A stretch of 33,482 nt of DNA. It comes from Octopus bimaculoides. Taxonomy: Eukaryota. This document shows positions 1-10,190 of the stretch, one piece after another. The stretch is taken from NCBI RefSeq assembly GCF_001194135.2, contig NC_068986.1, positions 99,582,880-99,616,361 on the forward strand. The letters run 5' to 3'. A program made the translations under genes and the position numbers. Under the pieces are notes generated by a model, which was not told the origin of the DNA, made no database searches, and saw only the letters and a list, made by a program, of their open reading frames with translations. The stretch's first letter is position 1. Each line of letters begins with the position of its first letter.

Positions 1-29
<29 letters not shown>
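1..29. repeat. (TG)n microsatellite, runs off window start
   Basis: Direct dinucleotide run. Confidence 0.95.
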
Positions 30-31
<2 letters not shown>

Positions 32-391
32 CAATGATAAAACGACGGCTATTTCAAACTTGCATGGGTCATAATGAATTCATTGAGATTTCTCTATGGT
101 GAGATACCCTTCTTGTCACCAATATTCAACTGCTACCAAGCATGCTAATATTTCCCCACCCTCAGATAGATTATATAATTAAGACTAGAAACGAGTGCCA
201 TCCCCTGTATGACACTGATGCTCCTTTAAAACCATCTCATGATGTCAAGTGAAAGGGACACCCATTCAAACATACATACAGTTACAAACAAATAATTTCA
301 AATCCACCAAAATTGTTTTATTCCGCATTGATTGAACATTTTTCAGAAGACAATAAAAGACATTTTCCAACAGAGTTTGTAATAAACTTAA

Positions 392-435
392 GCATAGGGT
401 CGGGGTTTAGGATGCGCTAAACCCCGACCCTATGC
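392..435. other. Perfect 19-bp inverted repeat with 6-nt loop (hairpin)
   Basis: GCATAGGGTCGGGGTTTAG (392-410), loop GATGCG, CTAAACCCCGACCCTATGC (417-435); the arms are exact reverse complements. Confidence 0.9.
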
Positions 436-1879
436 CTAATTGACTTTATGTATTTCTTCACTTTTACTTTTAACTTTCTTTATTCTTTACCCTTACTCTA
501 TCTTCGATCCTCTCCCAGCTACCCACTTCTCTAAGCCTAGTAGAGTAAAATATCACCTACATCCCACCTCTAGCCCATCAAAGGACCAATCTAGCTGTCT
601 TCTATCTCACCCAGGTCATTGACTTTAAATATCATATTACATCCTTTCACAAAGTATATTCTTAACTTAACGCCATCCCCCAATGCCCACAACGGCATTG
701 TCGGTCATTCTCTCATTTCATAGTTAGCCTCGACAGACTTCGGCCACATCCCTGCTGTATTCTTGGGGTATTCTTTTGTTTGTTAAATTACGTACTATCT
801 GATGATTACGGTTTTTTGTAATGAAGTAATGTTCTCATTCTTCTGTTTAAAAATGCGTAGGTAACAAATGTAATGAGCTGCCAATTATCCATCGTCTGTT
901 AGTATTCATTTGGTTATAATACACTAAGGGGATTTACGATTTGTCGGTTACCCTAGACAATACCAGCAACGTACAATTCAACGTAACACGTACTTTGGAT
1001 CGGCCCCTAGGCGCTAACACATAAGGTTTTTCTCTGTTTACACCTGGAATGTCCTATCTGATACTTATCAACTATAGGCCGGAACCAGTGGTTTATCAAA
1101 GCCTACCTGGTGCATATGAGGCGTTTAGTAACAGAGTTCCGTAAGCGCCATCTCAGTCATTTTTAAGGTTAGTGTATCATTTTCTTTGTCTCGGCGTCTA
1201 AAATTCGAAAAAAGTTGGGAAGAAGAACCAGTGAGGCTTGCAATAAGGTTGAAAATCCTGCTGAAAAAAAATTATACCTCGACGCTGTTGACACGACGTT
1301 CGCTCACCCAAACACGGACCAGAGAGTTTATTAACACACCATCGTAAGCGCAAGCGATCACTCGAAAACTTTGGTGGGGTCCCTGTATCGTTTTCCGAGG
1401 TATTAAGACACATTTGCTAATATCCCTCGTTACCATCGTAACGATAATGTGCTATTACCTTACTATCCTGTCTTACTTGCCTCTTAAAGATACTTACCTT
1501 GGTTTATTGAAACACAAACAATACTTTTGGGAGACCTCTGTATGTTTTTTCTAGGTATTATAGCAAAGATATGCAATGCGATGTACCGTATCGTAGTATC
1601 GTTAAATTCTATAAAATGAGAAAGACGCAGTCATTGTTCCATTGAGATGCACACATAAATAAATAGTTTAACATAATCGGAATGATTAGAGGAGGTCTTC
1701 ACGGACATTTTAAGACCAAAACCAGCTTCTTAACTACATTCCTTGTTGATATATATATATAAATAAGCAACACGGATTTCAAAGGTGATTGCAGTACGCA
1801 CGTTTCATGCTACTCCAATTTATCCTTTTGGGATACGATATTCGGGTGCCTACGCATAAGTACCATATTCAACCTTGAA

Positions 1880-1917
<38 letters not shown>

Positions 1918-2993
1918 TGCATTCAATATATTTATCCATCCCTAAAGCTATTAAATCTTATCGTAAATTGTGTTGAAGCCTCAGAAAATATTAATCCAGT
2001 GCATGTGAAACTAATCTTTGTACCTCTCAGTAAGAAATATTCGCGTCTGCAATTGATTTGAAAGCATGTTTCCGTCATTTGATTCCAAAACTGAACCATT
2101 GTCTGTTAAATAATATCAAAGATAAATGGGGAATATGTAAGAATTTATAGTTCCTATATAGAATATTAGCGCTATGAAGTTAAAACCATTTCCGATATAT
2201 ATACATACACGCACTCACACATAAAAATACACCACGCGCGCACACAGGCACATACACACGCACACACAAACGCACGTGTGTGTGTATGTGCAGTCGAAAC
2301 ATGTAAACGTATAGGTACGCACACCCATTCACTAAACGCTTTCAATCACCTCACCAAATATGCACTTCTAGATAAAATATTGAATAAATATGGTCGTAAA
2401 AGTACAGACGTTCGGAATATGAATATAACCTATATATAGTAACTACCCAGAAACCTAGGTTTTTGGGTATCACGTAAGGCTAGAGATGGGAGCGCTGACC
2501 CCCACCTTGCATATACTATACTGGCACAAACTGTGTGTCGGTAGCCAACTGGAAAAGATGTTTTCCTGGGGCTAAAAAACAGTAATATCGTCCTTGTATA
2601 GGATTGCCACATAATGTTGGCAAATAAACTTTAGTAATGTAACATATATTTGGTATATATTGGTGTAGCATTTCTGCGTGACATTCATTATATGCCATCA
2701 TTTACCCGGCTATCTAACAATATATATCCATTGCATATAAACACAAAAGCACGCAATCACACACACACACTCACACATGTGTATGTATATATGACAAGGC
2801 ATAGATAATAGCCATTACATATTTTCCTTTACTGTAGTAAGTTTGACTTACAGCTGTTTCCAGTAGTCATTATAAGTTCATTATTTATAGGTTTACTCAA
2901 TCAGCCCACTGATCAGTTGAAAAAAATTGAACTATTTAGAAAATTAATGCTACTTTCGTTAGAATAATTGTTATGTGTGTATATATGCACAAG

Positions 2994-3399
2994 ACCCGAA
3001 ATTTTTGGGGAGGGGGCCAGTTGATTCGATCGACCCCAGTGTGTAACTGGTACTTAATTTATCAACCCCGAAAGGATGAAATGGCAAAGTAGACCTCGGC
3101 GGAATTTGAACTCAACCTAAAGACAGACGAAATACCGCGAAGTATTTCGCCGGCGCGCTAACGTTTCTTATTTCTTTATTGCCCATAAAGGGCTAAACAT
3201 AGAGGGGACAAATAAGGACAGACAAACGGATTAAGTCGATTACATCGACCCCAGTGTGTAACTGGTACTTAATTTATCGACCCCGAAAGGATGAAAGGCA
3301 AGGTCGACCTCGGCGGAATTTGAACTCAGAACGTAACGGCAGACGAAATTCCGCTAAGCATTTCGCCCGGCGTCCTAACGATTTTGCCAGCTCGCCGCC
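2994..3399 (-). mobile_element. Dimeric tRNA-derived SINE (family A: GGCGGCGAGCTGGCAGAA head)
   Basis: Two head-to-tail monomers, each with B-box GAGTTCAAATTCC and core CTTTCATCCTTTCGGGG(T)...AAGTACCAGT...CTGGGGTCGAT. They are joined by a linker ending AATAAAGAAATA at 3169. Homologous to many other copies in this window. Confidence 0.85.
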
Positions 3400-3556
3400 T
3401 TGTTACTACAAAATAATGAAACAAATTACTAATTTTCAACGAAACATATTTATTTCCTTAATGTAATGTTACGCAATTTTCTCTTTTGTGTATTTATAAT
3501 AAATATATTTTGTTTTTTAGTAAATTTTATCAGCAGCATAATTTATTGGTTCAATA

Positions 3557-3660
3557 AAAGAGAGCGATAGAATAAGTCCTAGGATTATAAACAAGTACAT
3601 GGGTCGATTGTTCGACTAAATTCTTCAAGGTGGTACTACAGAATGGTCACAGTCCTATGG
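3557..3660 (+). mobile_element. Degenerate 3' module of family B SINE
   Basis: GAGAGCGATAGAATAAGT...GGGTCGATTGTTCGACTAAA...GGTGGTACTACAGAATGGTCACAGTC aligns to the tail at about 30215-30330. Confidence 0.6.
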
Positions 3661-3737
3661 CGGCAGCAAGAGAATCTATCTGATCCATTACATTGCAGAT
3701 ACTATCCTTGCAAAAACAAAAACAAAAACAAAATAAA

Positions 3738-3961
3738 TTCATTATTTACTTTATTTACATTATTTACAATTGATGGATATTTGTCCTCATCTTATTTTTT
3801 GTAAACACAACGTTTCGGCTGATATACCCTCCAGCCTTCTTCAGGTGTCTTGGGGAAATTTCGAACCTGGGTTCTCATTCCTAAGGTATTCTTCGATGCT
3901 GTTGTTGGTATTATTATTATTATTATTATTATTANNNNNNNNNNCTTCGATGCTGTTGTTG

Positions 3962-4003
<42 letters not shown>

Positions 4004-4076
4004 GGGTCACCGCTTTGAATCGAACTCGGAATCTTGGGGGTTAGTAGCCCGCGCTCTTAACCACTACGCCATATGC
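3738..4076 (-). mobile_element. tRNA-headed SINE (family D) with internal (AAT)n and hammerhead-containing 3' region
   Basis: The minus strand begins GCATATGGCGTAGTGGTTAAGAGCGCGGGCTACTAACCCCCAAGATTCCGAGTTCGATTC (A-box at 4061-4071, B-box at 4017-4027). It continues with (AAT)n, a unique body, and ends in about three TGTAAATAA-like repeats at 3741-3768. Confidence 0.75.
3803..3850 (-). ncRNA. Minimal type I hammerhead ribozyme motif
   Basis: Minus strand: AGACAC-CUGAAGA-A-GGCUG(GAGGGUAUAU)CAGCC-GAAA-CGU-U-GUGUUU. The CUGANGA and GAAA core is intact. Stem II has 5 bp, stem I has 6 bp with one G-U, stem III is a loopless palindromic ACGU, and the cleavage triplet is GUU. Confidence 0.7.
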
Positions 4077-4350
4077 ACTTACACACAAACACATTCTCTC
4101 GTACACACACATGTGCATTCTCACATATACATGCATGTGTATATNNNNNNNNNNAGCCAGATCCCCTTCCAATTACACCTTTATCATCTACTAACAGAAA
4201 GCGCTCCTTATACAAGGCATACGAAAAAAAAATGTACGTTTCCAAATAATTATGAGTCTCTTATGCTTATTATGGTCCTTGTATGTTAACTCCCTTTCTA
4301 TTACTTTTACTCTCTCTATCCTTCTCTGTACTGTGTAAAGCGTGACTGGA

Positions 4351-4422
4351 CGAACCAACCAACCAACCAACCAACCAACCAACCGACCGACCGACCAACC
4401 AACCAACAAACAAACAAACCAA
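4351..4422. repeat. Compound (AACC)n/(GACC)n/(AAAC)n tetranucleotide repeat
   Basis: Direct. Confidence 0.9.
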
Positions 4423-4489
4423 CATTTATATCGACCATTACAATATAGAGATTTCACAGATTCCAGAATAACCTATTGGTTAGTATTGA

Positions 4490-4790
4490 TTGCAAACTTG
4501 GATCAGTTGTTTTAGTTTTTGATCTTTCTGCCGCCTTTGATAATATTGATCAAAGCTAAATGGGTATTGGAAACTTTTGTATAAGGATATCGAGGGTCTG
4601 TGAGTCTGCTTTGAAATAGTTTCAACTATTTTCTCAAAGGACTATTAGAGCAAGTTGTTATGAAAGATAATTTTAAATTCCTTCGGTCTTATATGCAGTG
4701 TGCTTCGGAGTTCAATTTTCTGGCCTCTGCTATTTCAAATGCGTTGACGTTTGGTTGCGGGCTTTTAGTTTGCTGGCGATCCAAACGATC
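4490..4790 (+). pseudogene. Decayed CR1/L2-clade LINE reverse transcriptase fragment
   Basis: 4506-4556 reads VVLVFDLSAAFDNIDQS (cf. LLDLSAAFDTIDH). 4691-4741 reads ICSVLRSSIFWPLLFQM, each residue within one substitution of GVPQGSILGPLLF. In-frame FAGDP at 4769-4783 corresponds to Y/FADDT. Stops and frameshifts are present. Confidence 0.8.
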
Positions 4791-4870
4791 ACAGAACTGT
4801 TTCAGTGTAATGTTCCGTACAACATTTTAACTAAAAACGTACGACGATTGAATCACAAGAAAGGAATAAA

Positions 4871-4903
4871 TTCCGCTATTCCGCTATTCCGCTATTCCGC
4901 TAC
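4871..4903. repeat. (ATTCCGCT)x4 octamer tandem repeat
   Basis: Direct. Confidence 0.85.
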
Positions 4904-5029
4904 TCGTGCCAGTTCCTCTATAGTTGTTGCTGTTGTTGCTGTCATCGTCTGTCGTCGTCGTTGTTGTTGTTGTTATGTATTTATTTATTTATTTATATAT
5001 TTATTTATTTCATGTTATGCATTTTGTGA

Positions 5030-5119
5030 AACATTATCATTATCATCGCCGTCGCCGTCGTCGTAACCGTCATTATCATCATCATCTTCGTCTTCATCAC
5101 CATTATCCTCATCATCATT

Positions 5120-5166
<47 letters not shown>

Positions 5167-5168
5167 TT

Positions 5169-5212
<44 letters not shown>

Positions 5213-6017
5213 TATCATCATCATTATCATCATCATCATCATTTATCATCATCATNNNNNNNNNNNNNNNNNNNNNNNNNNNNNNNNNNNNNNNNNNNNN
5301 NNNNNNNNNNNNNNNNNNNNNNNNNNNNNNNNNNNNNNNNNNNNNNNNNNNNNNNNNNNNNNNNNNNNNNNNNNNNNNNNNNNNNNNNNNNNNNNNNNNN
5401 NNNNNNNNNNNNNNNNNNNNNNNNNNNNNNNNNNNNNNNNNNNNNNNNNNNNNNNNNNNNNNNNNNNNNNNNNNNNNNNNNNNNNNNNNNNNNNNNNNNN
5501 NNNNNNNNNNNNNNNNNNNNNNNNNNNNNNNNNNNNNNNNNNNNNNNNNNNNNNNNNNNNNNNNNNNNNNNNNNNNNNNNNNNNNNNNNNNNNNNNNNNN
5601 NNNNNNNNNNNNNNNNNNNNNNNNNNNNNNNNNNNNNNNNNNNNNNNNNNNNNNNNNNNNNNNNNNNNNNNNNNNNNNNNNNNNNNNNNNNNNNNNNNNN
5701 NNNNNNNNNNNNNNNNNNNNNNNNNNNNNNNNNNNNNNNNNNNNNNNNNNNNNNNNNNNNNNNNNNNNNNNNNNNNNNNNNNNNNNNNNNNNNNNNNNNN
5801 NNNNNNNNNNNNNNNNNNNNNNNNNNNNNNNNNNNNNNNNNNNNNNNNNNNNNNNNNNNNNNNNNNNNNNNNNNNNNNNNNNNNNNNNNNNNNNNNNNNN
5901 NNNNNNNNNNNNNNNNNNNNNNNNNNNNNNCATCATCATCATCATCATCATCATCACCATCATCATCATCAGCATCATCATCATTTATCATCATCATCAT
6001 CATCATCATCATCATTT

Positions 6018-6073
<56 letters not shown>

Positions 6074-6075
6074 TT

Positions 6076-6119
<44 letters not shown>

Positions 6120-6175
6120 TATCATCATCATTATCATCATCATCATCATTTATCATCATCATTGTTGTCATCATC
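5030..6175. repeat. Long (ATC)n-type trinucleotide array spanning an N gap (5256-5930)
   Basis: Direct; source of the poly-H/I/S/D/M ORFs. Confidence 0.95.
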
Positions 6176-6289
6176 GTCCTCCTCCTCCGACATCTCCTCC
6201 TTCCCGCATCTCCCCTCCTGCATCTCCTCCTCCTCCAGCTCTTTCTCTCACACCCTTTACTGCTCTTCCATCACCTCCCCCTTATTATT

Positions 6290-6505
6290 GGCGTCTAGCA
6301 GAATCATTGGCGCCTCGGACAAAATACTTAGAGTTTAATGAGATTAAAAGAAATGCTGCCGAGTTCAAATTCCGAGTTCAAAGTTGACTCTGCCTTTCAT
6401 GGTTTTGGGGGGGTCGATAAATTAAGAACCGGTTGAACACCTTAGTCGATGTAATCGACACATTTCCTCCTTCAAACGGCTGCCCTTGTGTCTAAATTTG
6501 AAACC
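6290..6505 (+). mobile_element. Diverged family A SINE
   Basis: GCAGAATCATTGGCGC head, GAGTTCAAATTCC, GCCTTTCATGG...GGGGTCGATAAATTAAG core, tail CCTTGTGTCTAAATTTGAAACC. Confidence 0.75.
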
Positions 6506-6512
6506 ATTATTG

Positions 6513-7075
6513 GTTAGTGAGAGAGCAGTGGATGCCATCGAAGTGACACTGGGGTAAAATATACGAAGCCGTGTGTACCCATTATGACTACCCGTCTGAT
6601 AAAGGTACACCAGGCACATGCATCACAACCATGTGTGCGTGACATGGTGATCTCATATCAAGATAAACAGCGCATGACCTCGCAGGTGAGTCCCAATTAG
6701 AATTTTCTTCAGATCGAGTAGCCCATCCCGCTCAAAAGGTCCCTGACTATGGATTGTTTAAGGATGATGAACGAAACACCCATGTTTCCAGAGGTGAATT
6801 ATTCAAACCCCAAAGAATTCCTCTCAACATATAGCTATGATGCTCCCCCACTACTTCTGCTTTTCATCAGAGATGCACATATGGTCAGCCACCAAGGGAC
6901 ATGCTCAACTGGTTAAGGTCAAACAACTGGCGAGCAAACCTGTGGTATTGAGCAGAATATTTGGTGTAGCCCATCTTTTATACCAAGAAGCAAAAATTGT
7001 ACATGATAGCAGTTCCAATCACTTAAGATGTGAAACCATGAAAGCCACTGCCTGGTATTGCATCAAGGCAATTAT
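6513..7075 (-). mobile_element. About 560-bp interspersed element flanked by (TAA)n-type repeats, probable non-autonomous or truncated non-LTR element
   Basis: Its terminal segment GTGAGAGAGCAGTG(G/C)ATGCCATCGAAGT recurs at about 8410-8438 with the same boundary next to ATT/TTA repeats. No coding similarity recognised, so the class is an inference. Confidence 0.55.
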
Positions 7076-7147
7076 TGTCATCATCATCATCATCATCATC
7101 ATCATTATTATTATTATTATTATCATTATTACTGTTGTTGTTGTTGT

Positions 7148-7360
7148 GGCAATCTGGCAGAAACGTTAGCACGCTGGACGAAATGCTTAGCAGCGGCATT
7201 TCTTCCGTTGCTACGTTCTGAGTTCAAATACCGCCGAGGTCGACTTTGCTTTTCATCCTTTCGGGGTCGGTAAAATAAGTGTCAGTGAAACACTGGGGTC
7301 GATGTGATCGACTAGTCCCCTTCCTCTAAAATTTCAGGCCTTGTGTCCATAGTAGAAAAC
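7148..7360 (+). mobile_element. Family A SINE
   Basis: CTGGCAGAAACGTTAGCACGC...GAGTTCAAATACCGCCGAGGTCGACTTTGCTTTTCATCCTTTCGGGGTCG...AAAATTTCAGGCCTTGTGTCCATAGTAGAAA. Confidence 0.9.
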
Positions 7361-7380
7361 ATTAATGTTATTATTATAAA

Positions 7381-7560
7381 GGCGGCGAGCTGGCAGAATC
7401 GTTAGCACGCTGGGGGAAATTACTTAGCGGCATTTCGTCAGCCGTTACGTTTTGAGTTGAAATTCCACCGGGATCGACTACCAGTTGAGCCCACTGGTTG
7501 ACTTAATCGACTTTCCCGCTCCTCCAAATTTCAGGCGTTGTGCCTGTAGTAGAAAGGATA
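7381..7560 (+). mobile_element. Family A SINE with internal deletion and (AAT)n tail
   Basis: GGCGGCGAGCTGGCAGAATCGTTAGCACGC head; lacks the central CTTTCATCC block; tail CCTGTAGTAGAAAGGA followed by (ATA)n. Confidence 0.85.
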
Positions 7561-7613
7561 ATAATAATAATAATAATAATAACAATAATAATAATAATAA
7601 TTATTATTATTAT

Positions 7614-8330
7614 GCGATGAAAACTCACAGCTTATTTTCCTGAGTACGATGGAAAGTGTCAGCTGTCCACAGCAAGCAGACTCAGGTGACTTGTTTACTG
7701 GTCATGCTTCAAGAACCCGGCAAAAAATTCTTGCAGTTCCAAGTAATGCTGATTTTTGCAGGGGATCACTTGCTCTGACATTTTCGGTCACGCTGGTTGT
7801 TGAGTGCTGATACTTCCAAGTGCACCAATTACTTTTGGTATCATGTCTACTCCCTTCATTGACCACGACCTTCGTATTTCCCACTTCAAATCGTCATAGT
7901 TGTTTATTTTTTCTTCGTCTTTCACATTGATCCTGTTGTCACCGGTGCATGCTATGTCGATTATCATGCATGTTGTTTCTTTTGCATTCACCTCAACAAT
8001 GCCCGGTTTCCGATGTCTGGTAGGGCGATCGCACTGCTTCGATACAATCCTGGCAACTGATCAAACCTCTTCCACACTTTCTTCTATCGGTGTCACTCTC
8101 AGGGTGGAAGGCTCCGTGTACTGTTAAAATTACTCTGGTCTTGGTATGCATTTTCATTACTTCTCTCTTTTATAATTCCCACTCCATCCAGAAGTGATGC
8201 TATCGTCCATGAACTAACCGCTTGGATTTTATCCCATCCAGTCAATTTGGAGCGCAACCCAACCTTAGTCTTCGGAAATATTCCATCTTAAGTTAATCTT
8301 TCATTTACTTCTCCAATTTCTCGTTGATTA
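7614..8330 (-). mobile_element. 5'-truncated, internally deleted R4/Dong-clade non-LTR retrotransposon (RLE endonuclease type)
   Basis: Minus-strand translations across frameshifts: EYFRRLRL.LRSKLTGWDKIQAVSSWTIASLLDGVGIIK; TRVILTVHGAFHPESDTDR; QCDRPTRHRKPGIVEVNAKETTCMIIDIACTGDNRINVKDEEKINNYDDLKWEIRRSW...IGALGSIS (RxPD...D...EK RLE pattern); LQKSALLGTARIFCRVLEA-stop at 7702. A 3' UTR and (TAA)n tail follow. Confidence 0.85.
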
Positions 8331-8336
8331 TTGTTG

Positions 8337-8386
<50 letters not shown>

Positions 8387-8407
8387 GTTGTTGTTGTTGT
8401 TGTTATT
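8330..8407. repeat. (TTA)n/(TTG)n microsatellite
   Basis: Direct. Confidence 0.9.
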
Positions 8408-8517
8408 GGGTGAGAGAGCAGTGCATGCCATCGAAGTCAAACGCGGGGGCCGGTTAAGATGCAAGTTTGTTTCCTAATGTCTCCATACAAACACATACGT
8501 AGATACAATCATAAACA

Positions 8518-8615
8518 TGTCTTCTCTAACAAGAGCATTAGTTGCATTCAGGATTGAACCCAGAAACCCATTGCTTGCAAGCGTATTTCTTTGTCACACA
8601 GTCATGGTTTAACCT
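8518..8615 (-). mobile_element. Highly degenerate family B SINE head
   Basis: GGATTGAACCCAGAAACC...TTGCAAGCG...CACACAGTCA resembles the reverse complement of the head at 29832-29930. Confidence 0.45.
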
Positions 8616-9329
8616 TTATTTATAAAGATTTTCTTTTAGCTAGTGTCACAAATAATTCCAGGAGTGAAATGAATGTCTCATCATCACAGCCACACTGCAC
8701 TCTTAATGAAGACATTACTTCCTATAGATAAGACGAAATCATTAACTTTCAGAACTGAATTCACAGCACAATTATGTAGAAAGACATTCAGTAGTTTAAT
8801 TATTCCTACTAATTAACTGGTTTTTGTTTGTCATTTAATTTCGGTCAATAAATCTATTGGCTATTTGTCCACTTTAATGCGGCTGGACACAAAAACAAAG
8901 CAGATCAATAATTAAGTTTATTCATATCAATGAACAATACAAGCTCAGACTGCATCGCTTATAAGGTTCTGGCTGAAACCAATTCGATAACAATATCGTC
9001 AATAGAAAGAGGTTTTTCTGCAACAATGAGAGCGAGATGTGAACAAAAGCATTGCGGAAAGCCGTAACAAAAGTTCTATGTTGTTTCCCTGATAACAACC
9101 GTTTTTGTCACGGTCAATTTCTTCGACCCCCTTTGACAATTGTTTAATAAATCAGAAATAATGGTAATGATCATCATGTGTAAAGAATACAAAAGAAAAA
9201 CAAGTTAACAATAATGTAGACAAGATACAAGAAAAACAATAACAAGCCATTGACCACAATACGCGAAATAAAAACATTGATTTTTTTTCTATATCAAATA
9301 TCAAACAAAACAATTATGAAAATTATATA

Positions 9330-9402
9330 AACATGCATATATATGCATATATATATATAAATATATATATGTATATGTTATTGTGTATGTGTGTAGGGAG
9401 GG

Positions 9403-9476
<74 letters not shown>

Positions 9477-9486
9477 NNNNNNNNNN

Positions 9487-9546
<60 letters not shown>

Positions 9547-9889
9547 TATATATATATGTGTGTAGGAAGACCGCAGCCACTTGGCTGAAACACATAAATA
9601 AATAAATAAATAAATATATACACACACACATATTTATACACACATATATATATGTGTATATATTACATGTTTATATAAATACATATATGTCATATAGATA
9701 GGACTATATATGTACAGGCATATATATATATGTGTGTGTGTGTATATATATATGCACACTCACGTATGTATGTATATATATATTATGGATATATATTGCT
9801 AAATGGATACACACATGTAAATAAAATGTCTATTGATAATGTGTTAATGTATATATACAAATATATTTATCTACATATGTACATGTTTG

Positions 9890-9943
<54 letters not shown>

Positions 9944-9982
9944 CATATATATGTATGTGTGTGTGGGTAGGTGTACATATGT

Positions 9983-10014
<32 letters not shown>

Positions 10015-10190
10015 GTGTGTTTGTGTGTGTCTATGTGCATACACGTAAAATTATCTAAGAATATATATGTGTGTCTGTGTATCTCTGTCTTTACCTTTCG
10101 CTTGCGACACACACACAAACACACATTTATATACAACACATACGCGCATATATATAATTGATACACCCCGCCACACGAACACACACATGG
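9330..10190. repeat. Compound (CA)n/(TA)n/(TG)n low-complexity tract
   Basis: Direct; includes a 10-N gap. Confidence 0.9.

Noticed and set aside
1018-1080. Peptide HIRFFSVYTWNVLSDTYQL resembling an EEP/CCR4-type first motif
   Set aside because: Only 19 codons between stops, with no further EEP motifs and no convincing splice sites.
2444-2469. 26-bp near-perfect palindrome TACCCAGAAACCTAGGTTTTTGGGTA
   Set aside because: Real but isolated, with no associated element or second copy; function not supportable.
3891-4001. Direct repeat CTTCGATGCTGTTGTTGGT(ATT)n on both sides of a 10-N gap
   Set aside because: Most likely overlapping contig ends around the gap rather than a biological duplication.
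4924-6387. 487-aa ORF and other long ORFs over microsatellites or N gaps (also 13880-14861, 21793-23327, 26000-26620, 27411-28109, 28411-29039, 31791-32483)
   Set aside because: They are translations of simple repeats and Ns, with no domain content.
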